Shown here piece by piece: positions 10,501-21,864 of a stretch of DNA of 64,000 nt. The DNA comes from Nitrospinota bacterium (GTDB lineage: Bacteria > UBA8248). The position numbers and the translations under genes were made by a program. The stretch lies in NCBI GenBank assembly GCA_036231405.1, contig JAZAHK010000012.1, forward strand, positions 17,324-81,323. Direction: 5' to 3'. The notes under the pieces were generated by a model. The model was given only the letters and a program-made list of their open reading frames with translations, was not told where the DNA came from and ran no database searches. The stretch's first letter is position 1. The number at the start of each line of letters is the position of its first letter.

Positions 10501-11400
10501 TTAATTTGAAACTCCTAAAACTTTAGCCATAGTGAGACCCATTTCAGCAGGACTCTCAGTAACATGTATGCCTGATTTAGACATAATCTTCATTTTTTCT
10601 TGTGCAGTACCCTCTCCACCAGAAATAATTGCACCGGCGTGACCCATTCTTCTTCCTGGAGGAGCAGTTTGACCTGCAATAAAACCTACCATCGGTTTGG
10701 AAATATTTTCTTTCGCCCAAATAGCGGCATCCGGCTCTGCAGTTCCACCTATTTCTCCAATCATTATAATAGCTTCTGTATTCTTGTCTTTTTCAAAAAG
10801 TGTAAGGAGTTCAATATACATAGTGCCTATTATCGGGTCACCACCTATACCAACACATGTACTTTGCCCTAATCCCTGTTCGGTGAGTTGAGAAACAACT
10901 TCGTACGTAAGAGTCCCACTCTTCGAAATAACACCGATTGAACCCTCTTTGTGAATATGACCAGGCATAATTCCCATTTTACAACCGCCTGGAGTAATGA
11001 CACCCGGACAATTTGGGCCAATTAGTTTTGTATCTTTCCCTTCCATATATCTCTTAACATACATCATATCTTTGACAGGGATCCCTTCAGTTATACAAAC
11101 GACAATAGGCAAATTAGCATCTACAGCCTCTAGAATTGCATCTGCAGCAAATACAGGAGGAACAAAAATCAAAGAAGCATTAGCACCAGTTTCAGAAACT
11201 GCTTGCCCGACAGTATTAAACACAGGAATTCCATCGAATTTCTCTCCACCTTTTCCTGGAGTAACACCAGAAACGACATTTCCTCCACCAGAAGCATATT
11301 CTTTACTGTAATTCATGCACTGCTTCGCGTGATAACCACCTTCCCGTCCTGTAATCCCCTGAACTACCACACGAGTTTCTTTATCGACTAAAATACTCAC
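10501..11400 (-). CDS. sucD: Succinyl-CoA synthetase alpha subunit
   Basis: 299 aa. [10 protein letters not shown] CoA-binding N-terminus and phosphohistidine loop MGHAGAII. Confidence 0.95.
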   Translation of the reverse strand: MSILVDKETRVVVQGITGREGGYHAKQCMNYSKEYASGGGNVVSGVTPGKGGEKFDGIPVFNTVGQAVSETGANASLIFVPPVFAADAILEAVDANLPIVVCITEGIPVKDMMYVKRYMEGKDTKLIGPNCPGVITPGGCKMGIMPGHIHKEGSIGVISKSGTLTYEVVSQLTEQGLGQSTCVGIGGDPIIGTMYIELLTLFEKDKNTEAIIMIGEIGGTAEPDAAIWAKENISKPMVGFIAGQTAPPGRRMGHAGAIISGGEGTAQEKMKIMSKSGIHVTESPAEMGLTMAKVLGVSN

Positions 11401-11411
11401 TATTGTATCCT

Positions 11412-12572
11412 TTAAATTTTTAGTGACTCGACTACTTTTTGAGCAGCGTCTGCCATTCCATTTCCAACTTTAAAGTCAAGACCAGAGGACTCAAGAATGT
11501 TTCTACCCTCCTCCACATTAGTCCCTTCCATTCGGATAATAACAGGGACATCAACATTCACACTTTTTACTGCGTCCACAACACCTTGAGCAAGAATGTC
11601 GCAACGCAAAATGCCCCCAAACACATTTATAAAAACTGCTCTAACGGACTTATCGTCCATGAGGATTCTGAAAGCATTTTCAACCATTTCCCGGCTAGCA
11701 CCACCGCCTACATCAAGAAAATTTGCAGGAGATGAACCAGCTAGCTTGATAATGTCCATTGTGGCCATTGCAAGTCCCGCACCATTGACCATACAGCCAA
11801 CTTCCCCGTCTAATTTAATATAATTTAAATTAAAAGAAGATGCTTTTACTTCTAACGGATCCTCTTCGTCAGTGTCTCTCATTTCTTTTAAGTCTTCATG
11901 CCTTGAAAGTGCGTTGTCATCAAAGTTCACTTTAGCATCGAGTGCCAAAAGACGACCATCATTCGTTTGGACTAATGGATTGATTTCTACTAAAGAGGCA
12001 TCCATTTCTTCATAAAAGTTATACAGATTGATAATGAATCGAACTCCATCTTTTATTAAGTTATCTGGCAAGCCTAGTCCATACGATATTTTCCTAGCAG
12101 TAGAGGGCCAAATCCCAAGCAATGGATCAACAGGTATCTTCAAAAGTTTCTCTGGATACTTTTCAGCTACTTCTTCAATATCCATACCACCTTCAGTACT
12201 AGCCATTATCGTTGGAAGACCTTTAGACCTATCTAAAACTATTCCTAAATATAATTCTCGGAAAATATCGCTTGCTTCCTCAACCCAAACTTTCTTGACT
12301 AGCCTTCCTTCTGGTCCAGTTTGGTGAGTAATAAGCGTCATTCCTAAAATTTCTGAGGCAATTTCTTTTGCCTCAGAAACGTTCTCCGCCAACTTTACAC
12401 CACCGCCTTTACCGCGACCTCCAGCATGTATTTGAGCTTTTACTACAACTTTTCCAGAAAGATCTTTTGTTATATCAGCTGCTTCGTCTGGGGTACTTGC
12501 AACTCCTCCTTTTGGGACAGCCACACCAAATCTTGCAAGAAGTTCCTTGGCCTGATATTCATGTATATTCAT
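11412..12572 (-). CDS. sucC: Succinyl-CoA synthetase beta subunit (ADP-forming)
   Basis: 386 aa. [13 protein letters not shown]-terminus, ATP-grasp fold and [11 protein letters not shown] ligase-CoA motif. Lies 11 nt upstream of sucD. Confidence 0.95.
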   Translation of the reverse strand: MNIHEYQAKELLARFGVAVPKGGVASTPDEAADITKDLSGKVVVKAQIHAGGRGKGGGVKLAENVSEAKEIASEILGMTLITHQTGPEGRLVKKVWVEEASDIFRELYLGIVLDRSKGLPTIMASTEGGMDIEEVAEKYPEKLLKIPVDPLLGIWPSTARKISYGLGLPDNLIKDGVRFIINLYNFYEEMDASLVEINPLVQTNDGRLLALDAKVNFDDNALSRHEDLKEMRDTDEEDPLEVKASSFNLNYIKLDGEVGCMVNGAGLAMATMDIIKLAGSSPANFLDVGGGASREMVENAFRILMDDKSVRAVFINVFGGILRCDILAQGVVDAVKSVNVDVPVIIRMEGTNVEEGRNILESSGLDFKVGNGMADAAQKVVESLKI

Positions 12573-12609
12573 GCATCTTCTCCCTTGTCAGGAGTAATTA
12601 AAAAAATAA

Positions 12610-13539
12610 TTAGAGTGAAGAGGTTAACTCCCGAACATGGTCTGCAGATTTCTTAAACTGATCCATTTCCTCAGGTTTTAAGTCAAGCTCGATAATTTCT
12701 TCTACCCCACCTGCACCTAACTTTATAGGTACACCCATGAAAATATCTTTCTGTCCGTACTCCCCTTCCAACAACGCTGCACAGGGAAGAATCCTTTTCT
12801 TGTCTTTTAGAATAGATTCCACCATCTCAACAATTGAAGCTCCTGGTGCATAAAAAGCACTTCCGGTTTTCAAATAATCGACTATTTCAGCACCACCGTC
12901 TCTAGTTCTTTGCACTAATTCTGCAATTCTCTTCTCATCCATTAGCTTAGTTATAGGAACTCCTGCTACAGTGCTATATCTAGGTAGTGGAACCATACTG
13001 TCTCCATGACCTCCCAATACTAACGCATGCACATCTTCAACGGACACATTCAGTTCCAAAGCTATAAAAGAACGAAACCGCGCACTATCTAAAATTCCAG
13101 CCATCCCCATAATTCTTTCTCGTGGGAACTTGCAGTGTCTATGTGCGACTGTAACCATCACATCAAGAGGGTTTGAGACAATAATCAAAAAACAGTTTGG
13201 AGAATGCTCTACGATAGAATCAGTTACCGATCCTACGATATTTGCATTTGTTGAAATTAAATCATCCCTACTCATCCCAGGCTTTCTTGCGATACCTGCC
13301 GTAACTACAACAACGTCCGAATCTTTCGTGTCTGTATAATCATTCGTTCCTACAATTGCGGCGTCAAATCCTTCAACTGGGGAACTCTCATACAAGTCAA
13401 GTGCTTTTCCTTGAGGAATACCATCTACAATATCTACAAGTACAATATCTCCTAACTCATGGGACGCAGCCCAGTGAGCAGCCGTTGCTCCAACATTACC
13501 AGCACCTACTATCGTTATTTTAGGTCTACCTATCGACAT
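12610..13539 (-). CDS. mdh: Malate dehydrogenase (LDH-like type)
   Basis: 309 aa. [12 protein letters not shown] Rossmann motif, [13 protein letters not shown] and GGHGDSMVP, typical of LDH-like MDH. Confidence 0.9.
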   Translation of the reverse strand: MSIGRPKITIVGAGNVGATAAHWAASHELGDIVLVDIVDGIPQGKALDLYESSPVEGFDAAIVGTNDYTDTKDSDVVVVTAGIARKPGMSRDDLISTNANIVGSVTDSIVEHSPNCFLIIVSNPLDVMVTVAHRHCKFPRERIMGMAGILDSARFRSFIALELNVSVEDVHALVLGGHGDSMVPLPRYSTVAGVPITKLMDEKRIAELVQRTRDGGAEIVDYLKTGSAFYAPGASIVEMVESILKDKKRILPCAALLEGEYGQKDIFMGVPIKLGAGGVEEIIELDLKPEEMDQFKKSADHVRELTSSL

Positions 13540-13559
13540 CTCATCTCCTTAAAATCTTT

Positions 13560-14810
13560 TCACATATTTTTTATTATTGCCTTTCCAAAATCAGAGCAAG
13601 AAACTTTTTTGGCTCCCTTCATCTGTCGATGAAGATCATAAGTAACTGTTTTCTTCCCAATAGCCTTAGTTGTCCCGGCTACGATTAAATCAGCCGCTTT
13701 CTGCCAACCCATATATCCTAACATCATGACTGCAGACAAGATGAGACTAGATGGATTAACCATATCTTTGCCAGCATATTTTGGAGCGGTTCCATGAGTT
13801 GGTTCAAAGAAGTGGATTTTATCTCCTATGTTCGCTCCAGGAGCCATTCCAAGACCACCAACTTGAGCAGCAACAGCATCTGAGAGATAGTCTCCGTTAA
13901 GATTTGTACAACAAAGGACCTCATATTCTTTAGGTCTTGTTAATACTTGCTGAAAAATGTTGTCTGCGATTCTATCATTAACAAGAATCTTTCCCTTAGG
14001 AAGTTTTCCGTTAAACTTCTTGCTCCACAACTCTTCTTCCGTAACAATGTACTTTCTATATTTCTTTTTCAAAAAAGCATACCCCCAATCCTTAAAAGAA
14101 CCCTCTGTGTATTTTTGTACGTTACCCTTATGAACTAAGCAAAAATATTTTTTCTTATTTTGAATGGCATACTCTATGGCTTTTTTAACAATTCTTTCAC
14201 TTCCGTAAACCGAAATCGGTTTAATTCCAATTCCACTATCTTTTCGAACAGAACAACCCATTTCTTTATTCAAAAAATTGATAACTTTTTTTGCACCCCT
14301 AGAATTTAGTTCCCATTCGATACCAGCATAAACGTCTTCTGTATTTTCTCTGAAAATACACATATTGACGTAGCTAGGATTTATAACCGGGGAGGGCACA
14401 CCAGGATACCATAGGACTGGTCTCACGCATGCGTACAAATCATTAATTTGGCGAAAAGAAACATTCAAACTTCTAAACCCACCACCAATAGGTGTATAAA
14501 GTGGCCCTTTAATTGCAAAGTAGTAATGTCTGATTGCTTTCATTGTCTCTTCAGGCATCAACTCACCATACAACTCCTGAGCATCCTCTCCAGCAAATAC
14601 CCTAAACCATTCAATACGTTTTTTACCCCTAAAAGCTTTCTGCACAGCTGCATTTACAACATCCTTCATAACAGGAGTTATATCAACACCAATGCCATCA
14701 CCTCGAACGTAACAAACTATCGGGTCATTAGGAATCTGTAGGTTGTTGCCCTTATACGTTATACGGGTACCTTCTTTTGGTGCAGTTATTTTATTGAATT
14801 TTATCGCCAT
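13560..14810 (-). CDS. icd: Isocitrate dehydrogenase (NADP-type homodimeric family)
   Basis: 416 aa. Isocitrate/isopropylmalate dehydrogenase signature NLNGDYLSDA, plus FRSLNVSFRQ (substrate Ser region). Confidence 0.9.
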   Translation of the reverse strand: MAIKFNKITAPKEGTRITYKGNNLQIPNDPIVCYVRGDGIGVDITPVMKDVVNAAVQKAFRGKKRIEWFRVFAGEDAQELYGELMPEETMKAIRHYYFAIKGPLYTPIGGGFRSLNVSFRQINDLYACVRPVLWYPGVPSPVINPSYVNMCIFRENTEDVYAGIEWELNSRGAKKVINFLNKEMGCSVRKDSGIGIKPISVYGSERIVKKAIEYAIQNKKKYFCLVHKGNVQKYTEGSFKDWGYAFLKKKYRKYIVTEEELWSKKFNGKLPKGKILVNDRIADNIFQQVLTRPKEYEVLCCTNLNGDYLSDAVAAQVGGLGMAPGANIGDKIHFFEPTHGTAPKYAGKDMVNPSSLILSAVMMLGYMGWQKAADLIVAGTTKAIGKKTVTYDLHRQMKGAKKVSCSDFGKAIIKNM

Positions 14811-14938
14811 TTATAATTCCCCTTTACATTAACCAAACGGACTGGAAACTAATTTACAAAATTATTTTCAATCAAAAAAAAAAAATTAAAACTGATACTA
14901 AGAAGCAGTAAATCAAAAATCAACAGGTTAAATCAAAA

Positions 14939-14968
14939 TTGACAGAAAAATGTACTTGAAATTATAGA
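14939..14968 (+). promoter_or_regulatory. Candidate sigma70-type promoter for rsmA
   Basis: Exact TTGACA at 14939-14944, an 18-nt spacer, then TATAGA at 14963-14968, 24 nt before the rsmA ATG. The background is AT-rich, so this could be a chance match. Confidence 0.3.
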
Positions 14969-14991
14969 AGTAAATCGGCAATCTGCAACTC

Positions 14992-15804
14992 ATGTATAAA
15001 AATTCGACAAAAAAACTTGGACAACATTTTTTACACGACGAATCTCTTCTGAAAGAAATTTGTACCCTTGGAAGTATAAAAGCAGAAGACAGAATACTTG
15101 AAATTGGAGCAGGAGAAGGAACCCTTACAAAAAACCTTCTTGAATCCAAGGCAAAAGTCACGACAGTAGAAATAGACAATAGATTGATTCCGAAATTGAA
15201 AAAACTAAGAACGGAGTGGCCTAATCTTGAAATCATCCACGGAGACGCAACAAAATTAAATTTCAAGAAATTCACTCATCCGACTAAGATAATTTCAAAT
15301 CTGCCATACCAAATTGGCACAAAAATCATTGCTGAAACTTGCAACTACCCTGAGATTTTCAATCTCATGATAGTCATGCTTCAACTAGAGGTTGCAAACC
15401 GAATAGTTGCAAAAGCAGGGGGAAAAGAATACGGCAGCCTCACTCTTTGGGTTCAACATAGGTTTGAAACTAAATTACTGAAAATTGTTCCACCCGAAAT
15501 GTTTTCTCCACCACCAAAAGTAAAATCTGCGATCGTAAGTTTAATTTCAAGAAAATTTCCTATAGTAGATTTACAACATTATGAAGAACAGTATTTTAAA
15601 TTAATCAAAACGTCCTTTATACATAGAAGGAAAACACTTGCAAATAATTTAAAAAATTCTAATGTGTCGTTTATCAAAAATATCAATATAGAAAAATTGC
15701 TTGAATCTTCAGGTATCTCTAAGAACTTGAGAGCCGAAACTATGACAGCTAAAGATTTCGCCACCCTTTTTGAAGAAATCAGAAAAGAATCCGATGAATT
15801 GTAA
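14992..15804 (+). CDS. rsmA: 16S rRNA (adenine1518/1519-N6)-dimethyltransferase
   Basis: 270 aa. KKLGQHFL signature, SAM motif LEIGAGEGTLT, and NLPYQIGT. Confidence 0.93.
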   Translation: MYKNSTKKLGQHFLHDESLLKEICTLGSIKAEDRILEIGAGEGTLTKNLLESKAKVTTVEIDNRLIPKLKKLRTEWPNLEIIHGDATKLNFKKFTHPTKIISNLPYQIGTKIIAETCNYPEIFNLMIVMLQLEVANRIVAKAGGKEYGSLTLWVQHRFETKLLKIVPPEMFSPPPKVKSAIVSLISRKFPIVDLQHYEEQYFKLIKTSFIHRRKTLANNLKNSNVSFIKNINIEKLLESSGISKNLRAETMTAKDFATLFEEIRKESDEL

Positions 15805-16735
15805 ACATTCAATTTATCTACACAGGGTTGGGGCACTCGGAGACACATTGTTAACGATTAAGCTTCTTATGATTCTTAAAAAATACTACCCAGAATCAGT
15901 AATAAGTATGGGAGCAACCCCAAATCATGCAATTCCACTCCTTGAATCAGATCTAGTATCTCAAATAGTAGATGCTACTAGGAGACCTTTTCATCTTTTT
16001 GAAACTCCTTATTCTCCTGAAGATGATTTAACAAAAGAACTAAAGAAATACGATATGATGATCGTTTTCAAAAAAGATGAAAATGGAATGATCAGAAACC
16101 GCTTAGAAAAGATGGGAACTAAAAATTTTGTAATACAATCTCCTTTTCCTCCTAAAAAAAGCAAACTACACGTTTCAAAATGGTTAGAAAGAGCGGTAAT
16201 AAAGCTTAACCAAAATGAACCAAATGAAATTCAAGATATAAAACTAACAATTCCAGATAGCACATTAGTTCTATCTGAATTAGAGATAAAAAAAAATCAA
16301 TTAAAGAGCCCTTTTCTTTCAATACATCCTGGAAGTGGATCCAAAAAAAAATGCGCTCCAATAAATATAATTATAAAAATTGCAAAACAAATAGTTTCCC
16401 TACATGATCTACAACCTGTCCTAATAGAAGGAGTCACAGATGAATCAATATGCAACGAATTTCGTAGGAATTGGGGAAGTGAGATAATCAAAATAAAGAT
16501 AAATTCCCTAAAAATTCTTGCGGGAATATTGATCAAATCTAGAGGATATTTGGGCTGTGACTCTGGGATTAGTCATCTCTCATCTCTATACGGTGTCCCT
16601 ACACTCGTGTTATTCGGACCTTACTCGAACCCAATCCAATGGGGTCCGATTGGGAACAAAAGCTATTGGACGTATTGGGATGAAAAAAAATGCAAAAAAA
16701 CATTAAACAACTTATTTGGAAGCCAAAACAATTAA
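15794..16735 (+). CDS. Glycosyltransferase family 9 (LPS heptosyltransferase-like)
   Basis: N-terminal HRVGALGDTLL and C-terminal GCDSGISHLSSLYGVPTLVLFGP motifs typical of GT9. I prefer the ATG at 15794 to the ORF opening at 15770. Confidence 0.75.
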   Translation: MNCKHSIYLHRVGALGDTLLTIKLLMILKKYYPESVISMGATPNHAIPLLESDLVSQIVDATRRPFHLFETPYSPEDDLTKELKKYDMMIVFKKDENGMIRNRLEKMGTKNFVIQSPFPPKKSKLHVSKWLERAVIKLNQNEPNEIQDIKLTIPDSTLVLSELEIKKNQLKSPFLSIHPGSGSKKKCAPINIIIKIAKQIVSLHDLQPVLIEGVTDESICNEFRRNWGSEIIKIKINSLKILAGILIKSRGYLGCDSGISHLSSLYGVPTLVLFGPYSNPIQWGPIGNKSYWTYWDEKKCKKTLNNLFGSQNN

Positions 16736-17436
16736 TTAAGGACCTTTCCAATACGATTCCATCTGGGCGAACCTAACTCACTGTTCCATGACCAATAAAC
16801 TAAAAAAGCAACACCTCGTATTTTATAATCCCAACATGGATTTTTCCAAACAGAGCAAGGAAAGGGGAAATTGAACTGCAAGGTCCCAAATCGTATAGGT
16901 ATAAAATTTTTAAATTCTCCGATTTTTAATAGACCCCAGTACCTACCATCCTGACTATTGTTCCTATTGTCTCCAAGAACTAACAAATGATCTTTTGGAA
17001 TTGACACCGGACCCCAAGAACTACCATGTAGTTCTGGAACACCATGAGGTTTAAAAACCACATAAGGTTCATCAAGGGGTGAACAATTCGACTTAAAAGA
17101 TTGACTATTGCAATTCAAGTACAACTTACCTTCTCGCAACATAACTTTTTCCCCAGGAAGACCAACAACTCTCTTAATAAAATCCCTTTTTTCATCCAAT
17201 GGAAAACGGAAAACTACCATATCTCCCCTTTTGGGGTTTCGGAACCAATACGAAATTTTATTTACTAAAATATGATCGCCAATTAGAAGAGAATTTTCCA
17301 TTGAACCAGATGGTATTTTGAATGCCTGAACTATAAATGCTCTTACAAAAAAAGCAAGCAAAAGTGCAACAATAATCGCTTCCGAATATTCTCGAAATGT
17401 TGATTTTTTATTCCTCTTATTTTTTTTGTTAGCCAT
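16732..17436 (-). CDS. lepB: Signal peptidase I
   Basis: 234 aa. N-terminal TM segment, Ser box PSGSMENSL, Lys box IKRVVGLPGE, and box E GDNRNNSQDGRYWG. Confidence 0.92.
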   Translation of the reverse strand: MANKKNKRNKKSTFREYSEAIIVALLLAFFVRAFIVQAFKIPSGSMENSLLIGDHILVNKISYWFRNPKRGDMVVFRFPLDEKRDFIKRVVGLPGEKVMLREGKLYLNCNSQSFKSNCSPLDEPYVVFKPHGVPELHGSSWGPVSIPKDHLLVLGDNRNNSQDGRYWGLLKIGEFKNFIPIRFGTLQFNFPFPCSVWKNPCWDYKIRGVAFLVYWSWNSELGSPRWNRIGKVLN

Positions 17437-17441
17437 AGGAC

Positions 17442-19244
17442 TTAGTCCTTATCCAAGTTCAGTACCGCCATAAACGCTTCCTGGGGAACTTCAACTGTCC
17501 CAATATTTCTCATTCTCTTCTTTCCTTCTTTTTGTTTTTCTAGCAATTTTCTCTTTCTTGTGATATCTCCACCATAACACTTAGCGATAACGTCTTTTCG
17601 CAAGGCCCTTATAGTCTCTCTGGCAATTACCCTACTTCCAAGTGAAGCTTGAATTACTATTTCAAACATCTGTTTCGGAATGAGGCTTTTCATTTTTGCA
17701 ACTATAGCGCGACCATAATAATAGGCTTTATCTTTGTGAATGATGGTAGAAAATGGGTCAATGAGTTGACCATTTAGAAGAATATCTAATCTAGAAACAT
17801 TCGATTCTTTGTAACTAATATGTTCATAGTCGAAACTTGCAAATCCTTTACTCAATGATTTTAATTTGTCGAAAAAATCATAAAGTATTTCACTGAATGG
17901 CAGCTCATAAACAATCTGCACTGTTGAAGTGTCTATGTATTGTAGCGACCTTTGAAATCCTCTTTTTTCTTGAGCGAGTTTAATAGTTGCACCAACAAAT
18001 TCAGAAGGCACTATAATCGTTCCGAGAATAAATGGTTCTTCAATTCTGTCAATACCTGCCATATCAACTAGTCTAGAAGGACTATCTATATTTTCTGCAG
18101 TGCCGTCGGTTCTAACAACACTATAAATTACATTTGGAGCAGTAATTATAAGGGTAAGATCATACTCTCTTTCTAACCTCTCTCTTATTACATCCATATG
18201 CAACAGTCCAAGGAATCCACATCGAAATCCAAAACCTAATGCTACTGATGATTCAGGTTCATATGAAAATGCCGAATCATTTAACCTTAATTTCTCAAGT
18301 GCAGTTCTTAACTCTTCATAATCGGCATTGTCTGCAGGATATAGTCCACTAAAAACCATAGATTTTGGTTCTTCAAAACCAGGAATCTCTTTCTTACATG
18401 GTGTTTTAGAAAGAGTAATTGTATCTCCAACCCGAGTATGACTTACCTCTCGTATTGCTGCTGTTAAAGTCCCAACCTCTCCAGGTCCAAGCTTCGTCAC
18501 AATCTTAGGTTGCGGAGTATAGACACTAAGGCTTTCTACTTTATATTTATTTTTGTTAGAGAAAAACTGTATTTCATCCCCTTTTTGTATTGTTCCATTG
18601 AATACTCGAAAAAGTGGAATTGCTCCTTGGTATGAATCAAACCAAGAATCAATTATTAGCGATTCTAAAGGCACATCATCTTTTGCATCTGGAAATGGTA
18701 TTCGTTCGATAATACTTTCAAGAAGTTCCCGAACTCCAGTCCCATTTTTTGCGCTAACTAAAAGACATTCGGAAGAATTGATCCCTATTGTATCCTCAAT
18801 TTGTCTCATTACACGCTCTGGATCTGAAGCAGGCAAATCTATCTTGTTTACAACTGGAATAATCGCGAGTTCCTGCTCTAACGCTAGATATGCATTTGCA
18901 ATTGTTTGTGCTTGTACACCCTGCGTAGCATCTACTAAAAGCAAAGCACCTTCACACGCTTGTAAACTTCTCGAGACTTCATACGAGAAATCAACATGTC
19001 CTGGAGTGTCGATCAAATTGAATAAGTACTCGTTCCCACTCTGCGACAAATAGTTGAGGCGAACGGCAGCAGCTTTAATAGTAATACCTCTCTCACGCTC
19101 TAACTCCATCGAATCTAAAACCTGAGATGACATTTCTCTTTCAGTTAATGCACCAGTAACTTCAAGTATACGGTCTGCTAAAGTAGACTTGCCATGATCT
19201 ATATGTGCAATAATAGAGAAATTGCGTACGTTTTCAAAAGGCAA
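17442..19244 (-). CDS. lepA: Elongation factor 4 (translational GTPase LepA)
   Basis: 600 aa. G1 [10 protein letters not shown]3 DTPGH, G4 NKID, and the LepA-specific C-terminal domain. Confidence 0.97.
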   Translation of the reverse strand: MPFENVRNFSIIAHIDHGKSTLADRILEVTGALTEREMSSQVLDSMELERERGITIKAAAVRLNYLSQSGNEYLFNLIDTPGHVDFSYEVSRSLQACEGALLLVDATQGVQAQTIANAYLALEQELAIIPVVNKIDLPASDPERVMRQIEDTIGINSSECLLVSAKNGTGVRELLESIIERIPFPDAKDDVPLESLIIDSWFDSYQGAIPLFRVFNGTIQKGDEIQFFSNKNKYKVESLSVYTPQPKIVTKLGPGEVGTLTAAIREVSHTRVGDTITLSKTPCKKEIPGFEEPKSMVFSGLYPADNADYEELRTALEKLRLNDSAFSYEPESSVALGFGFRCGFLGLLHMDVIRERLEREYDLTLIITAPNVIYSVVRTDGTAENIDSPSRLVDMAGIDRIEEPFILGTIIVPSEFVGATIKLAQEKRGFQRSLQYIDTSTVQIVYELPFSEILYDFFDKLKSLSKGFASFDYEHISYKESNVSRLDILLNGQLIDPFSTIIHKDKAYYYGRAIVAKMKSLIPKQMFEIVIQASLGSRVIARETIRALRKDVIAKCYGGDITRKRKLLEKQKEGKKRMRNIGTVEVPQEAFMAVLNLDKD

Positions 19245-19344
19245 AAGACACTCCTTGAAATAAAAAAAGTAGGTCTAGAAAATACTCCTCAAACAATGAA
19301 TAAATAAATTTATATTTTTCAAACTATTTTAAAAACAAAAAAGT

Positions 19345-20502
19345 TCAAGAAAAAACAGATTCTCCTGGAAAGAGTTTCCTGAATTTCTGAAGAGCATATC
19401 TATCTGTCATCCCAGAAAGATAATCGCATATCAATCGAAATTTTCCCTCTGAACCTTCTTTTTGCAAATAACGCTCGGGGAGACCTTTTGGATTAGAAAC
19501 ATAAAACTCAAAAAGGCTTGTGAGAACTTTTTCTGCACTATCCTCCAATTCAGCTATTTTTACATTCTTGTACATTCGTTCCATTAAAAAATTTTTTAAT
19601 TCTAAATTTTTCAATGTCATCGAATCGCTAAACAAACAAATATCATGTCCTCTATCCCTTACATCTGAACCGCTCTCTATTCCTCTTGATTTAACGCGAT
19701 CTTCAGTAGAAACAATAAGATCCATTACCTGTCCATTTATCATTCTACGAATTGTTTCAAATTTCAGAATTCTATGACTTGCATTAGGGAATCTATCCTT
19801 CGTTGCTGACAAGAACTCTGACCATAACCTCAGATCACTCAAATCTTCGAAATCGAATAAAGAGGAAGAAAGCCCATCATCTAAGTCATGGTTGTTGTAT
19901 GCAATCTCATCAGCCATATCAACTAATTGCGCCTCAATAGTTGGGGATATTTGATTTGTTAACCCTTCTGGCATTTTCCCTTTATATTTTTCAAGATACT
20001 TTATTATCCCTTCTCTTGTCTCCCAAGTAAGATTTAGCCCTTGGAAATCTGGATACCTATCCTCAATTTTTTCAACAATTCTTAATGACTGTAAATTATG
20101 TTCAAAACCACCATGATCAGACATGAGAGAATCTAAAACTTTCTCTCCTGCGTGTCCAAAAGGAGGGTGTCCTAAATCATGAGCAAGTGCAATCGCTTCT
20201 GCCAATTCTTCATTTAATTTCAAAACTCGCGCAATTGAACGGGCAATCTGACTTACTTCAATTGTATGCGTAAGACGAGTTCTATAATGATCGCCCACAT
20301 GGTTCACGAAAACTTGAGTTTTATATTCTAATCTTCTGAAAGCAGTAGTATGTATAATCCTATCCCTATCCCTTTGAAATGCCGACCTTATCGGATGTTC
20401 TTCTTCTGGGTATAATCGACCTAAACTCTTCGCACTAAAAGAAGCATATGGGGCAAGTAATTCTAATTCTCTTTTATCTAAAGAAAAAGGGGATGAAAAC
20501 AT
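19345..20502 (-). CDS. dgt: dGTPase-like deoxynucleoside triphosphate triphosphohydrolase (HD domain)
   Basis: 385 aa. RTRLTHTIEVSQIAR and AHDLGHPPFGH HD-domain motifs, characteristic of the Dgt-like family. Confidence 0.85.
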   Translation of the reverse strand: MFSSPFSLDKRELELLAPYASFSAKSLGRLYPEEEHPIRSAFQRDRDRIIHTTAFRRLEYKTQVFVNHVGDHYRTRLTHTIEVSQIARSIARVLKLNEELAEAIALAHDLGHPPFGHAGEKVLDSLMSDHGGFEHNLQSLRIVEKIEDRYPDFQGLNLTWETREGIIKYLEKYKGKMPEGLTNQISPTIEAQLVDMADEIAYNNHDLDDGLSSSLFDFEDLSDLRLWSEFLSATKDRFPNASHRILKFETIRRMINGQVMDLIVSTEDRVKSRGIESGSDVRDRGHDICLFSDSMTLKNLELKNFLMERMYKNVKIAELEDSAEKVLTSLFEFYVSNPKGLPERYLQKEGSEGKFRLICDYLSGMTDRYALQKFRKLFPGESVFS

Positions 20503-20569
20503 CGGAATCTACCCTGATGAAACTAAATTAAAGAAATCTTGACCGTCAAATAAGTAAAAGCGGTTGCCG

Positions 20570-20803
20570 TTAACAGCAAGAACAACCTCCACCACACGAA
20601 TGCCCTGAATTGTATGAAGAAAAATTAGAATTATCAAAAGAAACTGAACTTGTGGCCACACTAGAAAAAACAGATAATTTTCTTTTTACATTTTTGCCCG
20701 ATTCACATGAGGGACATTTTATTAGACCTTCTAAATCTGAGTTTCTCAAGATTTTTTCAAAGTCGGTATTACACTCAGAACATAAAAACTCATATATGGG
20801 CAT
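20570..20803 (-). CDS. FmdB-family zinc-ribbon protein
   Basis: 77 aa. MPIYEFLCSEC...CPSC double CxxC ribbon, a Ser-rich linker and a Cys/Gly-rich tail (GHSCGGGCSCC), as usual for this family. Confidence 0.75.
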   Translation of the reverse strand: MPIYEFLCSECNTDFEKILRNSDLEGLIKCPSCESGKNVKRKLSVFSSVATSSVSFDNSNFSSYNSGHSCGGGCSCC

Positions 20804-20833
20804 TAGCTTCTCCTGAAAAATTAATTGCAGACC

Positions 20834-21484
20834 TTATTTTTGCGCCGCATTCCAATCGGAGAGGAATTTATCCAGACCAATGTCGGTTAATGGATGTTTT
20901 AAAAGTTGTTTAATCAAACTGAAAGGAATAGTAACTACATCAGCAGCCATTTGTGCTGCTCGAAGAAAATGCATTGGATGCCTAACGCTCGCAACCAAGA
21001 CCTCTGTTGGAAGGTCGAATGAATGAAAGATTTCTACTATAGTCTCAGTCATTTCCATACCAGATTGTGAAATATCATCAAGTCTACCCACAAATGGGCT
21101 GACATAAGATGCTCCAGCTTTTGCAGCTAGCAATGCTTGAGAAGGATTGAAAATTAAAGTGACATTTGTATCTATATCTTTGTCTCTTAAAGATTTGACA
21201 GCTTTTATTCCATCATATCCAATCGGAATTTTCACAACCACGTTCCCATGAATGGCCTTGAGTTCACACCCCTCTTTAACCATCTCTTCCCAATTTGTGG
21301 AGACAACTTCCGCACTGACCGGACCATCTATTAGGGCACATATTGCTTTTATGTGTGTTTTGAAGTCGACCTTTTCTTTTGCTATCAAGGAAGGATTAGT
21401 TGTAACTCCATCAATCACACCAGATGAAGCAGCTTCTCTAATTTCATCTAAATTTGCAGTATCTACAAAGATTTTCATGTCCAT
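20834..21484 (-). CDS. tal: Short-type transaldolase / fructose-6-phosphate aldolase (subfamily 3B)
   Basis: 216 aa. [25 protein letters not shown]-terminus and Schiff-base Lys region VVKIP. The true start may be the second ATG (21478). Confidence 0.9.
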   Translation of the reverse strand: MDMKIFVDTANLDEIREAASSGVIDGVTTNPSLIAKEKVDFKTHIKAICALIDGPVSAEVVSTNWEEMVKEGCELKAIHGNVVVKIPIGYDGIKAVKSLRDKDIDTNVTLIFNPSQALLAAKAGASYVSPFVGRLDDISQSGMEMTETIVEIFHSFDLPTEVLVASVRHPMHFLRAAQMAADVVTIPFSLIKQLLKHPLTDIGLDKFLSDWNAAQK

Positions 21485-21572
21485 GCCAATCTAAAAGATT
21501 TATAAATAAAGGTCAATTTCATGCTCAATCAATGGGATGAAAATGTCAACTTGCCTGAGCGAAACGAAAAAG

Positions 21573-21821
21573 TTATTTATTCCCTGTATCGAAAGATTCC
21601 ATACATTCCTTAGAACAAAATTTTTTATCTTTCGAGAAAACATTATATGCAACACCAATTTTGGAAGGGAAATAAGTACCACAATTTGGGCAAGAAATCA
21701 TTTCATCCTCTAGCAAATTTGTTCCAGATGTATCATTTCGATTTTTCTTTCTTTTAAAGAAAGATGAGAACAAAGAAAATACAACCCAAAATAACAACGC
21801 ATATAAGATGAAACGGAACAT
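21573..21821 (-). CDS. Small membrane-anchored zinc-ribbon protein (PP0621-like)
   Basis: 82 aa. N-terminal TM helix, a basic stretch, then CPNCGTYFP...FCSKEC. Family assignment is from memory of the pattern only. Confidence 0.5.
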   Translation of the reverse strand: MFRFILYALLFWVVFSLFSSFFKRKKNRNDTSGTNLLEDEMISCPNCGTYFPSKIGVAYNVFSKDKKFCSKECMESFDTGNK

Positions 21822-21864
21822 AGGAAAGACCTTTTTAAATTAATCCGATGATTGATATTGCAAA

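Noticed and set aside
14928-15275. 115-aa minus-strand ORF overlapping the rsmA start and its upstream region
   Set aside because: It is antisense to a well-supported rsmA (KKLGQHFL, SAM motif). The sequence is low-complexity and hydrophobic with no family resemblance, so it is a shadow ORF.
18553-19053. 166-aa plus-strand ORF inside lepA. The many other 60-130-aa ORFs in the track that lie inside or antisense to larger genes fall in the same class (for example 2796-3104, 4077-4460, 10997-11311, 23666-23983, 29312-29671, 33039-33338, 38572-38898, 41655-42017, 61520-61891).
   Set aside because: All sit within strongly supported conserved CDS, carry no recognisable motifs, and are expected by chance in a low-GC genome with few stop codons in antisense frames.
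19345-20502. dGTPase as a possible anti-phage nucleotide-depletion defence gene
   Set aside because: It sits in a co-directional housekeeping run (lepA-lepB, tal, pyr operon) with no neighbouring defence, mobile or hypothetical genes. It looks like the ordinary Dgt-like housekeeping family.
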